This document shows positions 31,818-42,627 of a stretch of 64,000 bases of DNA, piece after piece. The first letter of the stretch is position 1. The number at the start of each line of letters is the position of its first letter. The notes below the pieces were generated by a model. It did no database searches. It worked only from the letters and a program-made list of their open reading frames with translations, and was not told where the DNA came from. Source of the DNA: Candidatus Latescibacterota bacterium. Lineage in GTDB: Bacteria; Latescibacterota; UBA2968. The stretch is taken from assembly GCA_965207885.1 (NCBI GenBank), contig OZ242311.1, positions 1,216,001 to 1,280,000 on the forward strand, in the 5' to 3' direction. The position numbers and the translations under genes were made by a program.

Positions 31818-34800
31818 CTACGCGATATCTATCACCCGCTCAAAAATTGCCCGCGTCTGTGCCATATCGTTCTTCAAAACATCTTCAAACACCTCAGCCG
31901 TATCAAACCCCATCGCCCGTGCCACTGCTGTCAACGCGCGGTCTTCGGTGGGCAAATGGGTGCGTGCCTGCTCGTCCTGGCGCCTGATCACTTTTTCTAC
32001 AGTACGCAAAAACACATACGCTTGCTGAAGACGTTGTGCATCTTCTACCTCCAAAAATCCGCCCTCTACCAATCTTCTCAGTGCCTCAAGCGTATTGGCA
32101 CTGCGCAACTCCGGATGATCTTTAGCGAACTTCAACTGCAAAATTTGTACAATAAACTCAATATCTACAATCCCCCCCGCATCTGTTTTAATACTCACCA
32201 CCTTACGGGATCTTTGCCCATTTTTGCGCTCCATCTTCTTGCGAATATCCAGCATCGTGGCAACTTCCTCATCCGAAAACCCGCTACCCACAACAAAAGG
32301 CTCAAACAAATTCAGCAACTTTTCTCCCAAAACTGGATCGCCAGCGACGACCCGGCTGCGAGACAATGCCATGCGCTCCCACGTTGACGCGCGCGTCTCC
32401 AAATAGCGACTATAAGACTCCAGAGACAGTGCCAGAAGCCCGCTCGCCCCCTCGGGACGCAATCGCGGATCCACCGGATAGAGCTTACCCTGAGGGGTAT
32501 TCTGCTCCAGCATCGCGATCATCTGCTGTGACAGATCGATAAAAAATTGCAAATTCCCCTGCGGCCTTGCGCCATCTGTTTCGCCATCTTCACCATATAC
32601 AAATACGATATCCAGATCCGAACCAAAACTCAATTCATCTCCACCCATCTTGCCCAGACCCAGCACCACAAACCCGACCTCCTCACCGCTGTGATTGCGC
32701 GGTACCCCGCGCTTTTCGACCAACCGCGCATAAACCACCTCATAAACCACCTGCACAACCACATCGGCCAACATCGTCAGCGCCTCAAATGTTTCAAACG
32801 AATCGGTCAAGCCCACGAGATCGCGCGTACCAAAGCGCAGCAACTCGCGATGTTTTATCCTGTTTAGAACACTCACCAATTCGGGCGTATCGCCATACTG
32901 CTCAACCTGTGCGCGAAACTGTTCTCGCAAAGCGTCCACACCCGGACTGAGATGCAAAACCTCTGCTTCCGGATCCAGATACAAAACCTCTGGGCGAACC
33001 AGCCAATCGAGCAATCCGGGATTGCGCCTTATCACCTGAACCAGAAATTGGCTGCCCACACACAGTGACAACATCAGTTGGCGAAACCCCTGATTGGATG
33101 CCAAAATGCGGAAAAACATATCGCCCGCGCCATAAGCAGACACCAGACTCTCCAGATTGCTCAACCCCTGATCCGGATCGGCGGACTCCTGAAGTGCCTG
33201 CATCAATGCCGGTGCCAATTCTGTAAAGCTCTGACGCGCTCGCGTGCCCCGAATCCGCGGCACATGCCCAAAAGCCAGATAAATCAGATTGCGATGCGCC
33301 TCGCCCGGCCGATCAAACCCAATCTCTTCTAACAACCCGCTGGCTTCTGCATCGCCTATTTCCATATTTACCAGCGCGCCTATAGAACGACCCTCGCTCT
33401 CGTGCGCCTCCGTAAAGATCTGGGCATACACCTCCTGCACAGCCTTCAAATGGACATCCAGTATTTTGCGATACGACTCAGCAGATTCCATATCCATCGT
33501 GCGCGCCAATACGCGCTGTTCATCCTCTCCTTCGGGCAGCGAATAATCACTGCGATTGTGCATCATCTGCAAGCGGTGTTCCAAACGCCTGAAAAATACA
33601 TAAGCATCCCTTAGCTGATCGGCTTCCTTACCCGACAGAGCAGATACACGCTGCAACTGCCGGATAGCCTCGAGCGTATTATCCGACCTCGCATTCTCGT
33701 GTATGCGCCCCACCAACAATTGCAAACACTGCACAATAAACTCGATATCCCGGATGCCACCCGAGCGCAACTTCAAATGCGTCTCGCGCTGCCCCTTGCT
33801 TCCAATCTGATCTTCTATACGCGCCTTAACGCGGTTGATCTCCGTTGCCGGGCTGGTATCAAAATAGCGCGGATAAACAAAGGGCTGTACCATATTCAAA
33901 AATCGCTGCCCCAGGGCTTCAGACCCAGCACAACAACGGGCTTTGATCAGCATCTGCCGCTCCCACAATTCGCCCCGCCGCATATAGTAGCCCTCATATC
34001 CGGCAAGGGGCATCACGAGTGCGCCAGCCGCGCCATCGGGACGCAGGCGCATATCCATGCGATACAAAAATCCCTCGGGCGTCACCTCTGTTGCCGCACG
34101 CACAATTTGCTCACACAATCGGGTGAAAAATTCCTGATTGGTCACAGACCGTTCACCATCCGTATTGCCCTCGGCGCTATAGACAAACATCAAATCGATA
34201 TCCGAACTAAAATTGAGTTCCATACCGCCCAACTTGCCCAATCCAAAAATCGCAAACGCCACAGGCTGTCCATCGCCATTTCGCGGCATGCCATAACGCA
34301 CTTGCAGGTCGGGCAACAAAATATCAATCAGCTTTTGCAAACACACATCTGCCAAAATAGACAAATCAGCCGCAACATATTGAATGGCGCGCCCACCGGC
34401 CAGATCGCCCACGCCAATACGCAACAACTCGCGTCGCGCAACCCGCCGAACAGCATTGAGCTTGTCTTCGCGCGTATCCACAGCCTCGACAGCCCGTTCA
34501 AAAGACGCCAGCAATTGTTCTTTATCAGACGATTGTGCAATGCGATCCGGAGCACCTGTCAACCAGTCAAAGGTATCGGGGTCGCGCACCAGCATATCAG
34601 CCATAAAAGGGCTACCACCCAAAACGCACAACAACATGCGCCATAACTCGGGCTGTTCTTTGAGCGTGTGCAAAAATGACGCGTGATGCGCGATGCGCAC
34701 AAAATTATGCAGCGCCATATCGGGGTCGGGCGCATCGACCAACGCCTGAAAAAAATCATCGGGAAGTTGACCATCAGCCCCTGAGCCAGCCAACTCTTCG

Positions 34801-34889
34801 AGATTTTGCAACGCGCGTTCAACATCTCGAAATCCCGCCTGTGCAAGCGCGTCTCGTGCGCCGGGTGTGTCAAAATCAAAAATATCCAT
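31818..34889 (-). CDS. glnE: Glutamine synthetase adenylyltransferase/adenylyl-removing enzyme
   Basis: Two nucleotidyltransferase halves (GKLGG.ELNFSSDIDL and GKMGG.ELSFGSDLD), DMRLRPDG and GGIRDIEF. Confidence 0.95.
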   Translation of the reverse strand: MDIFDFDTPGARDALAQAGFRDVERALQNLEELAGSGADGQLPDDFFQALVDAPDPDMALHNFVRIAHHASFLHTLKEQPELWRMLLCVLGGSPFMADMLVRDPDTFDWLTGAPDRIAQSSDKEQLLASFERAVEAVDTREDKLNAVRRVARRELLRIGVGDLAGGRAIQYVAADLSILADVCLQKLIDILLPDLQVRYGMPRNGDGQPVAFAIFGLGKLGGMELNFSSDIDLMFVYSAEGNTDGERSVTNQEFFTRLCEQIVRAATEVTPEGFLYRMDMRLRPDGAAGALVMPLAGYEGYYMRRGELWERQMLIKARCCAGSEALGQRFLNMVQPFVYPRYFDTSPATEINRVKARIEDQIGSKGQRETHLKLRSGGIRDIEFIVQCLQLLVGRIHENARSDNTLEAIRQLQRVSALSGKEADQLRDAYVFFRRLEHRLQMMHNRSDYSLPEGEDEQRVLARTMDMESAESYRKILDVHLKAVQEVYAQIFTEAHESEGRSIGALVNMEIGDAEASGLLEEIGFDRPGEAHRNLIYLAFGHVPRIRGTRARQSFTELAPALMQALQESADPDQGLSNLESLVSAYGAGDMFFRILASNQGFRQLMLSLCVGSQFLVQVIRRNPGLLDWLVRPEVLYLDPEAEVLHLSPGVDALREQFRAQVEQYGDTPELVSVLNRIKHRELLRFGTRDLVGLTDSFETFEALTMLADVVVQVVYEVVYARLVEKRGVPRNHSGEEVGFVVLGLGKMGGDELSFGSDLDIVFVYGEDGETDGARPQGNLQFFIDLSQQMIAMLEQNTPQGKLYPVDPRLRPEGASGLLALSLESYSRYLETRASTWERMALSRSRVVAGDPVLGEKLLNLFEPFVVGSGFSDEEVATMLDIRKKMERKNGQRSRKVVSIKTDAGGIVDIEFIVQILQLKFAKDHPELRSANTLEALRRLVEGGFLEVEDAQRLQQAYVFLRTVEKVIRRQDEQARTHLPTEDRALTAVARAMGFDTAEVFEDVLKNDMAQTRAIFERVIDIA

Positions 34890-34902
34890 AACGAACCTCA
34901 AG

Positions 34903-35334
<432 letters not shown>

Positions 35335-35336
35335 CT

Positions 35337-35690
35337 ATGCCTGTTACGAGACTATCGGAAACCACAGCCGAAGAATTTCCCTGGGGCACCCTCAACTGGC
35401 TCATGGGCCAGGCCATTGACCCCGATGCCAAACAGACCTTTGGCATGGCCGTCATTCAACCCGGACAGCAGAATCCACCGCATTACCATCCCAACTGCGA
35501 AGAAATCCTCTACGTCGTCTCCGGAACATGCGAACACACGTACGGCGACGACAGCTATCAACTCAAACCGGGTGATAGCATTCGAGTTCCCGCTGGCGTG
35601 ATCCACCACGCGATCAACAACGGCGACGAGCCGCTGCGCGCAATCATCTCCTTTTCATCGGGCGACCGTCAAACCGTATTTCTCGAATAG
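35337..35690 (+). CDS. Cupin-domain protein
   Basis: HYHPNCEEILYV..G and GD...PAGVIH motifs. Confidence 0.88.
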   Translation: MPVTRLSETTAEEFPWGTLNWLMGQAIDPDAKQTFGMAVIQPGQQNPPHYHPNCEEILYVVSGTCEHTYGDDSYQLKPGDSIRVPAGVIHHAINNGDEPLRAIISFSSGDRQTVFLE

Positions 35691-35697
35691 GCGAACA

Positions 35698-36267
35698 ATG
35701 ACTATTCGCGCCATCATCTTCGACATGGACGGTACGCTCACAGAATCGTACATCAACTGGCCGGCGTTGCGATCAAAAATCAATTGCCCCCCCGAAAAAA
35801 CCATCATCGAACACATCGACAACCTACCCGCAAAACAACGCGAACAGGCCAATGACATCCTACTCCAAAAAGAATGGGAGGCAGCACAACACGCCGCCAT
35901 TCGCGCTGGTGCAACAGAACTCATCGACGCACTGCGAGCGCGCAAGTACAAACTCGGCCTGGTCACCAACAACCACGGCGCCGCCATGCACCGTGTGATC
36001 AACCGACTCAATCGCGGCTTTGACATCGCCCTCAGCCGCGACGACGGTCCCATAAAACCCAGCCCCTACCTCATCAAAAAAACACTCCAGGCCCTCGACA
36101 TTCCCCCAAACGAAGCCATAAGCATCGGCGACAGCCGTTACGATCTCATGGCCTCTGCCGCCGCCCGCGTGCGCTGTATTCACTTCACCGATGGCGCATC
36201 CGACCTCGCGCACGATCTCCAGGCCGCGTCACTACCTGCGATCATACCGCTCCTGGATCGGCTTTAA
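35698..36267 (+). CDS. HAD-superfamily hydrolase
   Basis: FDMDGTL, VTNN, KPSP and IGDSRYD motifs. Confidence 0.9.
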   Translation: MTIRAIIFDMDGTLTESYINWPALRSKINCPPEKTIIEHIDNLPAKQREQANDILLQKEWEAAQHAAIRAGATELIDALRARKYKLGLVTNNHGAAMHRVINRLNRGFDIALSRDDGPIKPSPYLIKKTLQALDIPPNEAISIGDSRYDLMASAAARVRCIHFTDGASDLAHDLQAASLPAIIPLLDRL

Positions 36268-37438
36268 CAGACGCCAACTTTTCTGCACACATTCGAATGC
36301 GCGCCAACGCCTTTTGGATATTTTCCACAGAATTCGCGTAAGAAAACCGCAAATACCCCTCGCCGTATTCCCCAAAGCCCGACCCCGCCAGACACGCTAC
36401 GTGTCCCTCATTCAAAATCACATCCGCGACTTCCGCAGACGACTTGCCCAATCCCATAATATTTGGAAACGCGTAAAAAGCGCCCTCCGGCATCGGGCAT
36501 GTAATCCCCTCAATCGCATTCAAACCCTCTACAATAAGCGCACGCCGTTTGCGAAACGCAGCCATCATATCCCCAACCGCATCCTGCGGACCCTTCAACG
36601 CAGCCACAGCCGCCATTTGCGTAAACGCAGCCGTACACGAATTGCTATTGACCATCAGCCGGTCAAAATGCGGCACGAGATCCATCGGCATCACACCATA
36701 GCCAATGCGCCAGCCCGTCATCGCATACGTCTTGGAAAACCCATCGAGAATAATCAACAAATCGGCCATACCCTTACACGCCGAAATGCTGTGAAACTCA
36801 TCGCCATAGACCATCCGAGAATAAATCTCATCGGACAACACGGGAATCTGGTGCTCGATCGCCACCTCGGCAATCGCCTTCAAATCGCCTTCTGGAATTA
36901 TGCCGCCCGTGGGATTTTGCGGTGAATTTAGAATAATCAGCTTTGTACGTTCCGTCACCAGATCGCGCAATTGCTCCGCATCCAGGCTAAACCCGCGATC
37001 CTCCGTCAGAGGCACCGGCACGGGTTGCGCACCCGCAAACCGAATCACCGACTCGTAAATCGGAAAACCCGGATTCGGATAAATCACCTCATCACCCTGC
37101 TCTGCCAATGCGAGAATAGAATAAAACATAATCGGCTTGGCGCCGGGCGTCACCACCACCTGATCGGGATGCACGTCAATCTGCCGCGTTGTCGAAATCT
37201 CTTCGGCTATTGCCTCGCGCAACTCGGGCAAACCCACGGGCGGACCGTAATGCGTAAACCCTTCTGACAGTGCTCGTTGCCCCGCCTCGACAATATGTGC
37301 GGGCGTATCAAAATCCGGCTCGCCAATCTCCATATGCACCACATCGTGTCCCAGCGCCTCCAGCGCACGCGCCTTTACCAGCACCTCAAAAGCAGACTCC
37401 GTACCCAACAGCGACATGCGATTTGCAATACTCATCAT
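36242..37438 (-). CDS. PLP-dependent class I aminotransferase (aspartate aminotransferase-like)
   Basis: GEPDFDTP, NSPQNPTG, SDEIY and GFSKTYAMTGWRIGY motifs. Confidence 0.93.
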   Translation of the reverse strand: MMSIANRMSLLGTESAFEVLVKARALEALGHDVVHMEIGEPDFDTPAHIVEAGQRALSEGFTHYGPPVGLPELREAIAEEISTTRQIDVHPDQVVVTPGAKPIMFYSILALAEQGDEVIYPNPGFPIYESVIRFAGAQPVPVPLTEDRGFSLDAEQLRDLVTERTKLIILNSPQNPTGGIIPEGDLKAIAEVAIEHQIPVLSDEIYSRMVYGDEFHSISACKGMADLLIILDGFSKTYAMTGWRIGYGVMPMDLVPHFDRLMVNSNSCTAAFTQMAAVAALKGPQDAVGDMMAAFRKRRALIVEGLNAIEGITCPMPEGAFYAFPNIMGLGKSSAEVADVILNEGHVACLAGSGFGEYGEGYLRFSYANSVENIQKALARIRMCAEKLASVKADPGAV

Positions 37439-37451
37439 CTCACCTCACGCC

Positions 37452-38015
37452 TTACCTGATAACAATTGCGTGTGCAACTTCGGGACCGTGGACCCCAAGC
37501 GTCAGCCGCATCTCAATATCGGCGGTTCGGCTTGGACCAGAAATAAAAGTCGCCGTTGCATTTTCGGGATGATCCAGATAAAACTGGCGCAACGGCTCAG
37601 CCGCATCCCTCAAATTCTCCAGCAGCGTACTCGCCTTAAAAATACCGATATGTACGCGGGGCAAAGTCGAAACAAGACGCACGGCATCGTCCAGAGCAAA
37701 CTCGACGAGACTTCCCGACTCCGCCACTGCAAAAACCGCCCAGGACACCCCCGCCTCGGCAGCATCAATCGCGTGGGGCAACTCGGAACTGTCAAAAGGC
37801 GGCACATGCACATCAATCCCCGCATCCATACACGCGCGTTCAACAGCATCGTCCAACCCATCGGGCAACTCGGCAAACACAACCCGCTTACAACCCACCT
37901 CCCTGAGCACACTGACCACAATGGGCGCAACCGCATCAGCATCCTCAGCCACATGCGCCACCCCGGACAAAGACGCGTACTTCTCAACAAAAGCATCAAT
38001 CAATTCATCACTCAT
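37452..38015 (-). CDS. LUD-domain (LutC/YkgG-like) protein
   Basis: AVAESGSLV and ISGPSRTADIEMRLTLGVHGP signature. Confidence 0.88.
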   Translation of the reverse strand: MSDELIDAFVEKYASLSGVAHVAEDADAVAPIVVSVLREVGCKRVVFAELPDGLDDAVERACMDAGIDVHVPPFDSSELPHAIDAAEAGVSWAVFAVAESGSLVEFALDDAVRLVSTLPRVHIGIFKASTLLENLRDAAEPLRQFYLDHPENATATFISGPSRTADIEMRLTLGVHGPEVAHAIVIR

Positions 38016-38090
38016 AATCCACCTATCCATAGAAATTTAAAGAGCACTCAAAGTAATGTGAAACACCGTTTGACGCAAGTGAAAGCCCCT

Positions 38091-38138
38091 ACTTTACACT
38101 TTACCCTTTACCCTTTGAACTCTCCACTTTATCTTTAC
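38091..38138 (+). repeat. Degenerate heptamer tandem repeat (A/C)CTTTAC, about 7 units
   Basis: ACTTTAC ACTTTAC CCTTTAC CCTTTGA ACTCTCC ACTTTAT CTTTAC in a divergent intergenic region. Confidence 0.6.
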
Positions 38139-38179
38139 TCCATTCCGCACTTACTATCCATTGTTCACTGGAAACCACC

Positions 38180-39175
38180 ATGCACTCTCCAATACGCATC
38201 GCACAAATCGGCCTTGGGCCACTCGGTCAGATGCTCACCCCTTATCTGGTAAAACGATCGGGCATTGAAATCGTCAGTGCCATTGACATTGACCCATCCA
38301 AAACAGGTCAGGACCTGGGCGAAGTGAGCCAATGCGACCCCCTCGGCATAGCCATCACCGATGATCTCGACAGGGGATTGGCCGACGCAGACCTCGCCGT
38401 AGTGACAACCGTATCAGAACTCCAACGCATCGCCCCCACATTAAAAGCAATTATCGACCGGGGCGTCAACATCGTCTCGACCTGCGAAGAACTGTCCTAT
38501 CCCTGGACAACACAACCCGAATTATCCGCAACCATCGACACCTGGGCAAAAGAACGCGACGTCTCAGTCCTCGGAACCGGCATCAACCCCGGCTTTCTCA
38601 TGGACTTCTTGCCCACAGCGGCCACAGGCGTGTGTCACACCGTGCAATCCATACGCATAGAACGCACCCAGGACGCCTCTGCACGCCGCCTCCCCTTTCA
38701 GCAAAAAATAGGAGCGGGACTCACCGTTGAAGAATTTCAAAATCTCGTCGCCCAACAAAAAATCCGCCACGTCGGCCTCACCGAATCCATGCACATGATC
38801 GCCGCGCGATTGGGATGGCAACTCGACCACACCGAAGACATCGTAGAACCCGTCCTCGCAAAACCGGGGCATTGTGCAGGCGTACTGCAAACGGGACGGG
38901 GATACCACAACGAGCGAGAAGTCCTCACCCTCATCTTCAAAGCCGCCGTCGGACAACTAATACACAACGGCGAATCAATCGAATCCCAGGAGCGCATCCA
39001 GATCAATGGCACACCCGCTTACGACCTCATCATACCCGGCGGCATCAACGGCGACATCGCCACCTGTGCAGTTATCGCCAATGCCATCCCAATAGTCGCA
39101 TCTGCCGCACCCGGACTGCGCACCATGATCGACATCCCCCCACTCTCCTGCGCCCAGGAAATCCCCGAGGGATAA
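38180..39175 (+). CDS. 2,4-diaminopentanoate dehydrogenase / dihydrodipicolinate reductase-like oxidoreductase
   Basis: GLGPLG Rossmann motif, STCEELSYP, GTGINPGF.MD, KIGAG, HVGL.ES and GDIAT. Confidence 0.8.
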   Translation: MHSPIRIAQIGLGPLGQMLTPYLVKRSGIEIVSAIDIDPSKTGQDLGEVSQCDPLGIAITDDLDRGLADADLAVVTTVSELQRIAPTLKAIIDRGVNIVSTCEELSYPWTTQPELSATIDTWAKERDVSVLGTGINPGFLMDFLPTAATGVCHTVQSIRIERTQDASARRLPFQQKIGAGLTVEEFQNLVAQQKIRHVGLTESMHMIAARLGWQLDHTEDIVEPVLAKPGHCAGVLQTGRGYHNEREVLTLIFKAAVGQLIHNGESIESQERIQINGTPAYDLIIPGGINGDIATCAVIANAIPIVASAAPGLRTMIDIPPLSCAQEIPEG

Positions 39176-41056
39176 ATGCCACCTGCTCTAAGCGATTTTG
39201 ACCTGCACCTGCACAGCGAAGGCAATCACCACCACATCTACGACTGCCTCGGCGCACACCCCACAAAAAAAGGCGTACATTTCGCCGTGTGGGCACCCAA
39301 TGCCCAGCGCGTAAGCGTGGTTGGCGACTTCAACGCCTGGAACGGATGCCAGCACCCCATGCAAAACAGAGGCAGCACAGGTGTATGGGAACTATTCATC
39401 CCCGACCTGCAGCCCGGCACCCTCTACAAATACGAAATCAAAACCCAAAACAGCGATATCTTTACCAAAAGCGACCCCTACGCCTTCTGTATGGAACACC
39501 GCCCGCGCACAGCCTCTGTCGTGTACCAGCCCGACGACGCCCTGTGGTCCGATGCCGAATGGCTGCAAACCCGCCAGCAAAGAGACCCATACACAGACCC
39601 AATCGCCATATACGAAGTACACCCCGGGTCCTGGCGGCGCAACCCCCAGGAAAACAACCGACCGCTCACCTATCGCGAACTCGCGCACGAACTCGTCGAA
39701 TACGTCCTCGAAATGGGCTACACCCACATCGAACTCCTCCCCATCATGGAACATCCCTTAGACGAATCCTGGGGATATCAGGTCACGGGTTATTACGCGC
39801 CAACCAGCCGTTTTGGCACGCCAGATGATTTCAAATACCTCGTCAACCACTGCCACACCTATGGCATTGGCGTCATTCTCGATTGGGTGCCCGCGCACTT
39901 TCCAACAGACGCGCATGGACTCGCGCAATTCGATGGCTCGGCCCTGTACGAACACGCCGATCCCCGGCAAGGCACACACCCCGATTGGGGCACCTTAATT
40001 TTCAACTACGGACGCAATGAAGTGCGCAATTTCCTCATTGCCAACGCCCTCTACTGGATCGAAAAATATCACATCGACGGCTTGCGCGTCGATGCCGTTG
40101 CCTCCATGCTCTACCTCGACTATTCCCGCAAAGAAGGCGAATGGATCCCCAACCAATATGGCGGCAGGGAAAATTTAGACGCCGTCGCCTTTATGCACCA
40201 GCTCAACACCCTGATCCACGAAAAGTTCCCGGGCGTCTTGATGATCGCCGAAGAATCGACCTCCTGGCCCGGCGTCTCTCGCCCCGTTTATCTGGGCGGC
40301 CTCGGCTTTGGATTCAAATGGAACATGGGCTGGATGAACGACACCCTGTCCTACATCACCAAAGAACCCATCCACCGCAAATACCACCACGACAGCCTCA
40401 CCTTTGGCCTCGTCTATGCCTTCCACGAAAACTTCATCCTCGTACTCTCCCACGACGAAGTCGTTCACGGCAAACGCGCCCTCATCGACAAAATGCCCGG
40501 CGACCGCTGGCAAAAATTTGCCAATCTGCGCGCCTTTTACGCCTTTCAATACGCCCATCCCGGCAAAAAGTTGCTCTTTATGGGCGGCGAACTCGGCCAG
40601 TGGCAAGAGTGGAACTCACAGGAAAGCGTACACTGGCACCTGCTCACAGAACCCGACCACGCGGGTCTGAAACGCTTTGTAAGAGACCTCAACACCCTCT
40701 ACCGGGGCGAACCCGCACTCTACGAACGGGATTTTGATCCCGAAGGCTTTGAATGGATCTCGCTCCACGACGCCTCAAACAGCGTCCTATCCTTCCTGCG
40801 CCGCGCGCGATCACACGATACCCCTTTGATCTTTGCCTGCAACTTTACCCCCATCCCAAGAGAAAACTACCGCATAGGCGTACCCACCCCGGGCGCCTAC
40901 CGCGAACTCATCAACAGCGACGCCGAACGCTATGGCGGCAGCAACATGGGCAACCTCGGCACTGTCCACACCGAACCCATCGCAAGTCACGGACATCCGC
41001 AATCCCTGCAAATCACCCTCCCCCCACTCGCCGCTGTCATGTTCAAACCCGAGTAA
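39176..41056 (+). CDS. glgB: 1,4-alpha-glucan branching enzyme (short N-terminus)
   Basis: [33 protein letters not shown] and [10 protein letters not shown] motifs. Confidence 0.97.
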   Translation: MPPALSDFDLHLHSEGNHHHIYDCLGAHPTKKGVHFAVWAPNAQRVSVVGDFNAWNGCQHPMQNRGSTGVWELFIPDLQPGTLYKYEIKTQNSDIFTKSDPYAFCMEHRPRTASVVYQPDDALWSDAEWLQTRQQRDPYTDPIAIYEVHPGSWRRNPQENNRPLTYRELAHELVEYVLEMGYTHIELLPIMEHPLDESWGYQVTGYYAPTSRFGTPDDFKYLVNHCHTYGIGVILDWVPAHFPTDAHGLAQFDGSALYEHADPRQGTHPDWGTLIFNYGRNEVRNFLIANALYWIEKYHIDGLRVDAVASMLYLDYSRKEGEWIPNQYGGRENLDAVAFMHQLNTLIHEKFPGVLMIAEESTSWPGVSRPVYLGGLGFGFKWNMGWMNDTLSYITKEPIHRKYHHDSLTFGLVYAFHENFILVLSHDEVVHGKRALIDKMPGDRWQKFANLRAFYAFQYAHPGKKLLFMGGELGQWQEWNSQESVHWHLLTEPDHAGLKRFVRDLNTLYRGEPALYERDFDPEGFEWISLHDASNSVLSFLRRARSHDTPLIFACNFTPIPRENYRIGVPTPGAYRELINSDAERYGGSNMGNLGTVHTEPIASHGHPQSLQITLPPLAAVMFKPE

Positions 41057-41096
41057 GAATTCCTTAAATTGTGTATCATATATTCTTAATATCGGC

Positions 41097-41136
41097 AATC
41101 TCCATATATGGTAAAATATCACGATATATGGAGATT
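41097..41136. promoter_or_regulatory. Perfect 13-bp inverted repeat (candidate enhancer-binding site or glgB terminator)
   Basis: AATCTCCATATAT-14 nt-ATATATGGAGATT, about 100-140 bp upstream of a sigma54 motif. Confidence 0.6.
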
Positions 41137-41233
41137 AAAAATATAAAATTTCAGACTGATTTCTATATAATTTTTTTAATTACTTCAATATAAATAATAC
41201 TTTATGATTAAAAATATCTTAAAAAATTCACGT

Positions 41234-41249
41234 TGGCACGGATATTGCA
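41234..41249 (+). promoter_or_regulatory. Sigma54 (-24/-12) promoter
   Basis: TGGCACG-GATA-TTGCA is an exact match to the TGGCACG-N4-TTGCW consensus, preceded by an AT-rich tract. Confidence 0.8.
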
Positions 41250-41599
41250 TAGTAAAAAACACATTCGCAAAGAAGGATCTGTGACCCAAAATCTGAACCG
41301 TTTTGAGACTCAGAGAATCAGCCGTGATATTTCTCAGCAAAACGTCAGAAGATCCCCGTCGGATTGGTAGTCAGCCTGTGGTCTTCTGCCGCAACATATA
41401 GAGCGGGAATAGTCCAACAAACCATACCCCACTCTGTTTAAGAAGATGACTCGTCACAAACACCGAGCGACAACGTTGTCCATAGGAGAAAAAATGCACA
41501 AAAATCTCGCCCTTATATCACGGGGCTACCTTTTTACAAAACTTTTCGAACTTGACCATCCCACGTGAGTCGGAGAACAAGCATATAAAGAAGGCATCT

Positions 41600-42595
41600 A
41601 TGTGGAACCGCATAATCTTAACCATGTGTCTGGTGTTTGTGTTGACAGGTCTGGCATTCACTGGCGACATGACCCACGTCCCGGACAGGGACTTCGATAA
41701 ACTCCGCGCCGCAGGAAACAGAAACCCCACAGGGATCTGGTCAGACGGGACGACCATGTGGGTGGTGGACCTTGCTGACGGTAGGGTTTATGCCTACAAC
41801 ATGAGATCTAAAGCCCATGATCCGGACAAGGGCTTCTATCTCGCCGTAGAACACGACGTCCCTGAAGGAATCTGGTCGGATGGGACAACCATGTGGGTGA
41901 AGGAAAGCTCTTACCATTTCGATAAAATTTATGCCTACAACATGAGGTCTAAAGCTCGTGATCCGAACAAGGACTTCAATACGCTAAAAGACGCCGGAGA
42001 ACAAAGCACTGACGGAATCTGGTCAGACGGGACGACCATGTTGGTAGCAGACGGATATCGGCATAAAATTTATGCCTACAACATGAGATCTAAAGCTCGT
42101 GACCGGGGCAAGGAATTCGATCTTGCCGCAGGAAACACCTCTCCTACGGGTATCTGGTCGGATGGAACGACTATATGGGTAGCGGACTACAGGGGCCACA
42201 TTTATGCCTACGGCAGCCTGGGCGCCACCAGTGATCAGGCCATCCAGGACTTTTCAATGAAAATCAGCGGCTCGACGGGAACCCTGAAGGTTTGCGTACG
42301 AGACCACGAATGCGAAGATGGCGATAGGATCAAGGTTGAAGTAGATGGCAGGAGCATATTTTCCGGAGAAATTGACAACGACTGGGACTGCTACACACTG
42401 GATGTGTGGGCAGGCGAGAGCTATGCAGTGGAATTGACAGCCCTCAACGGCACGGGATACAAGGGAGACTGTAGCTACCGAGACGAAAACACGGGTGAGA
42501 TCCGCGTTACCGGAGAGAATACAGAGACGCAGGTATGGCGTCATCGTGGAGGAGCCGGATCGAAAGCGCGTATCATCGTGGAAACAGCCAGATGA
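41600..42595 (+). CDS. Secreted GIWSDGTT-repeat (beta-propeller-like) protein with Cys-containing C-terminal beta domain
   Basis: Signal peptide; four ~47-aa repeats with core GIWSDGTT(M/I)(W/L)V...(I/V)YAY. Confidence 0.8.
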   Translation: MWNRIILTMCLVFVLTGLAFTGDMTHVPDRDFDKLRAAGNRNPTGIWSDGTTMWVVDLADGRVYAYNMRSKAHDPDKGFYLAVEHDVPEGIWSDGTTMWVKESSYHFDKIYAYNMRSKARDPNKDFNTLKDAGEQSTDGIWSDGTTMLVADGYRHKIYAYNMRSKARDRGKEFDLAAGNTSPTGIWSDGTTIWVADYRGHIYAYGSLGATSDQAIQDFSMKISGSTGTLKVCVRDHECEDGDRIKVEVDGRSIFSGEIDNDWDCYTLDVWAGESYAVELTALNGTGYKGDCSYRDENTGEIRVTGENTETQVWRHRGGAGSKARIIVETAR

Positions 42596-42627
42596 TCGCA
42601 GACAAAATTAATGAAAGGAGAGACAAG

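Noticed and set aside
33699-34646. Long antisense ORFs (this one, 36191..36925, 37416..38252, 52854..53600, 58535..59146)
   Set aside because: Shadow frames opposite well-supported genes, favoured by biased codon usage; no family motifs.
41340-41400. yjdF (azaaromatic) riboswitch suggested by TTGGTAGTC
   Set aside because: The rest of the motif is missing; the context fits a mobile-element end better.
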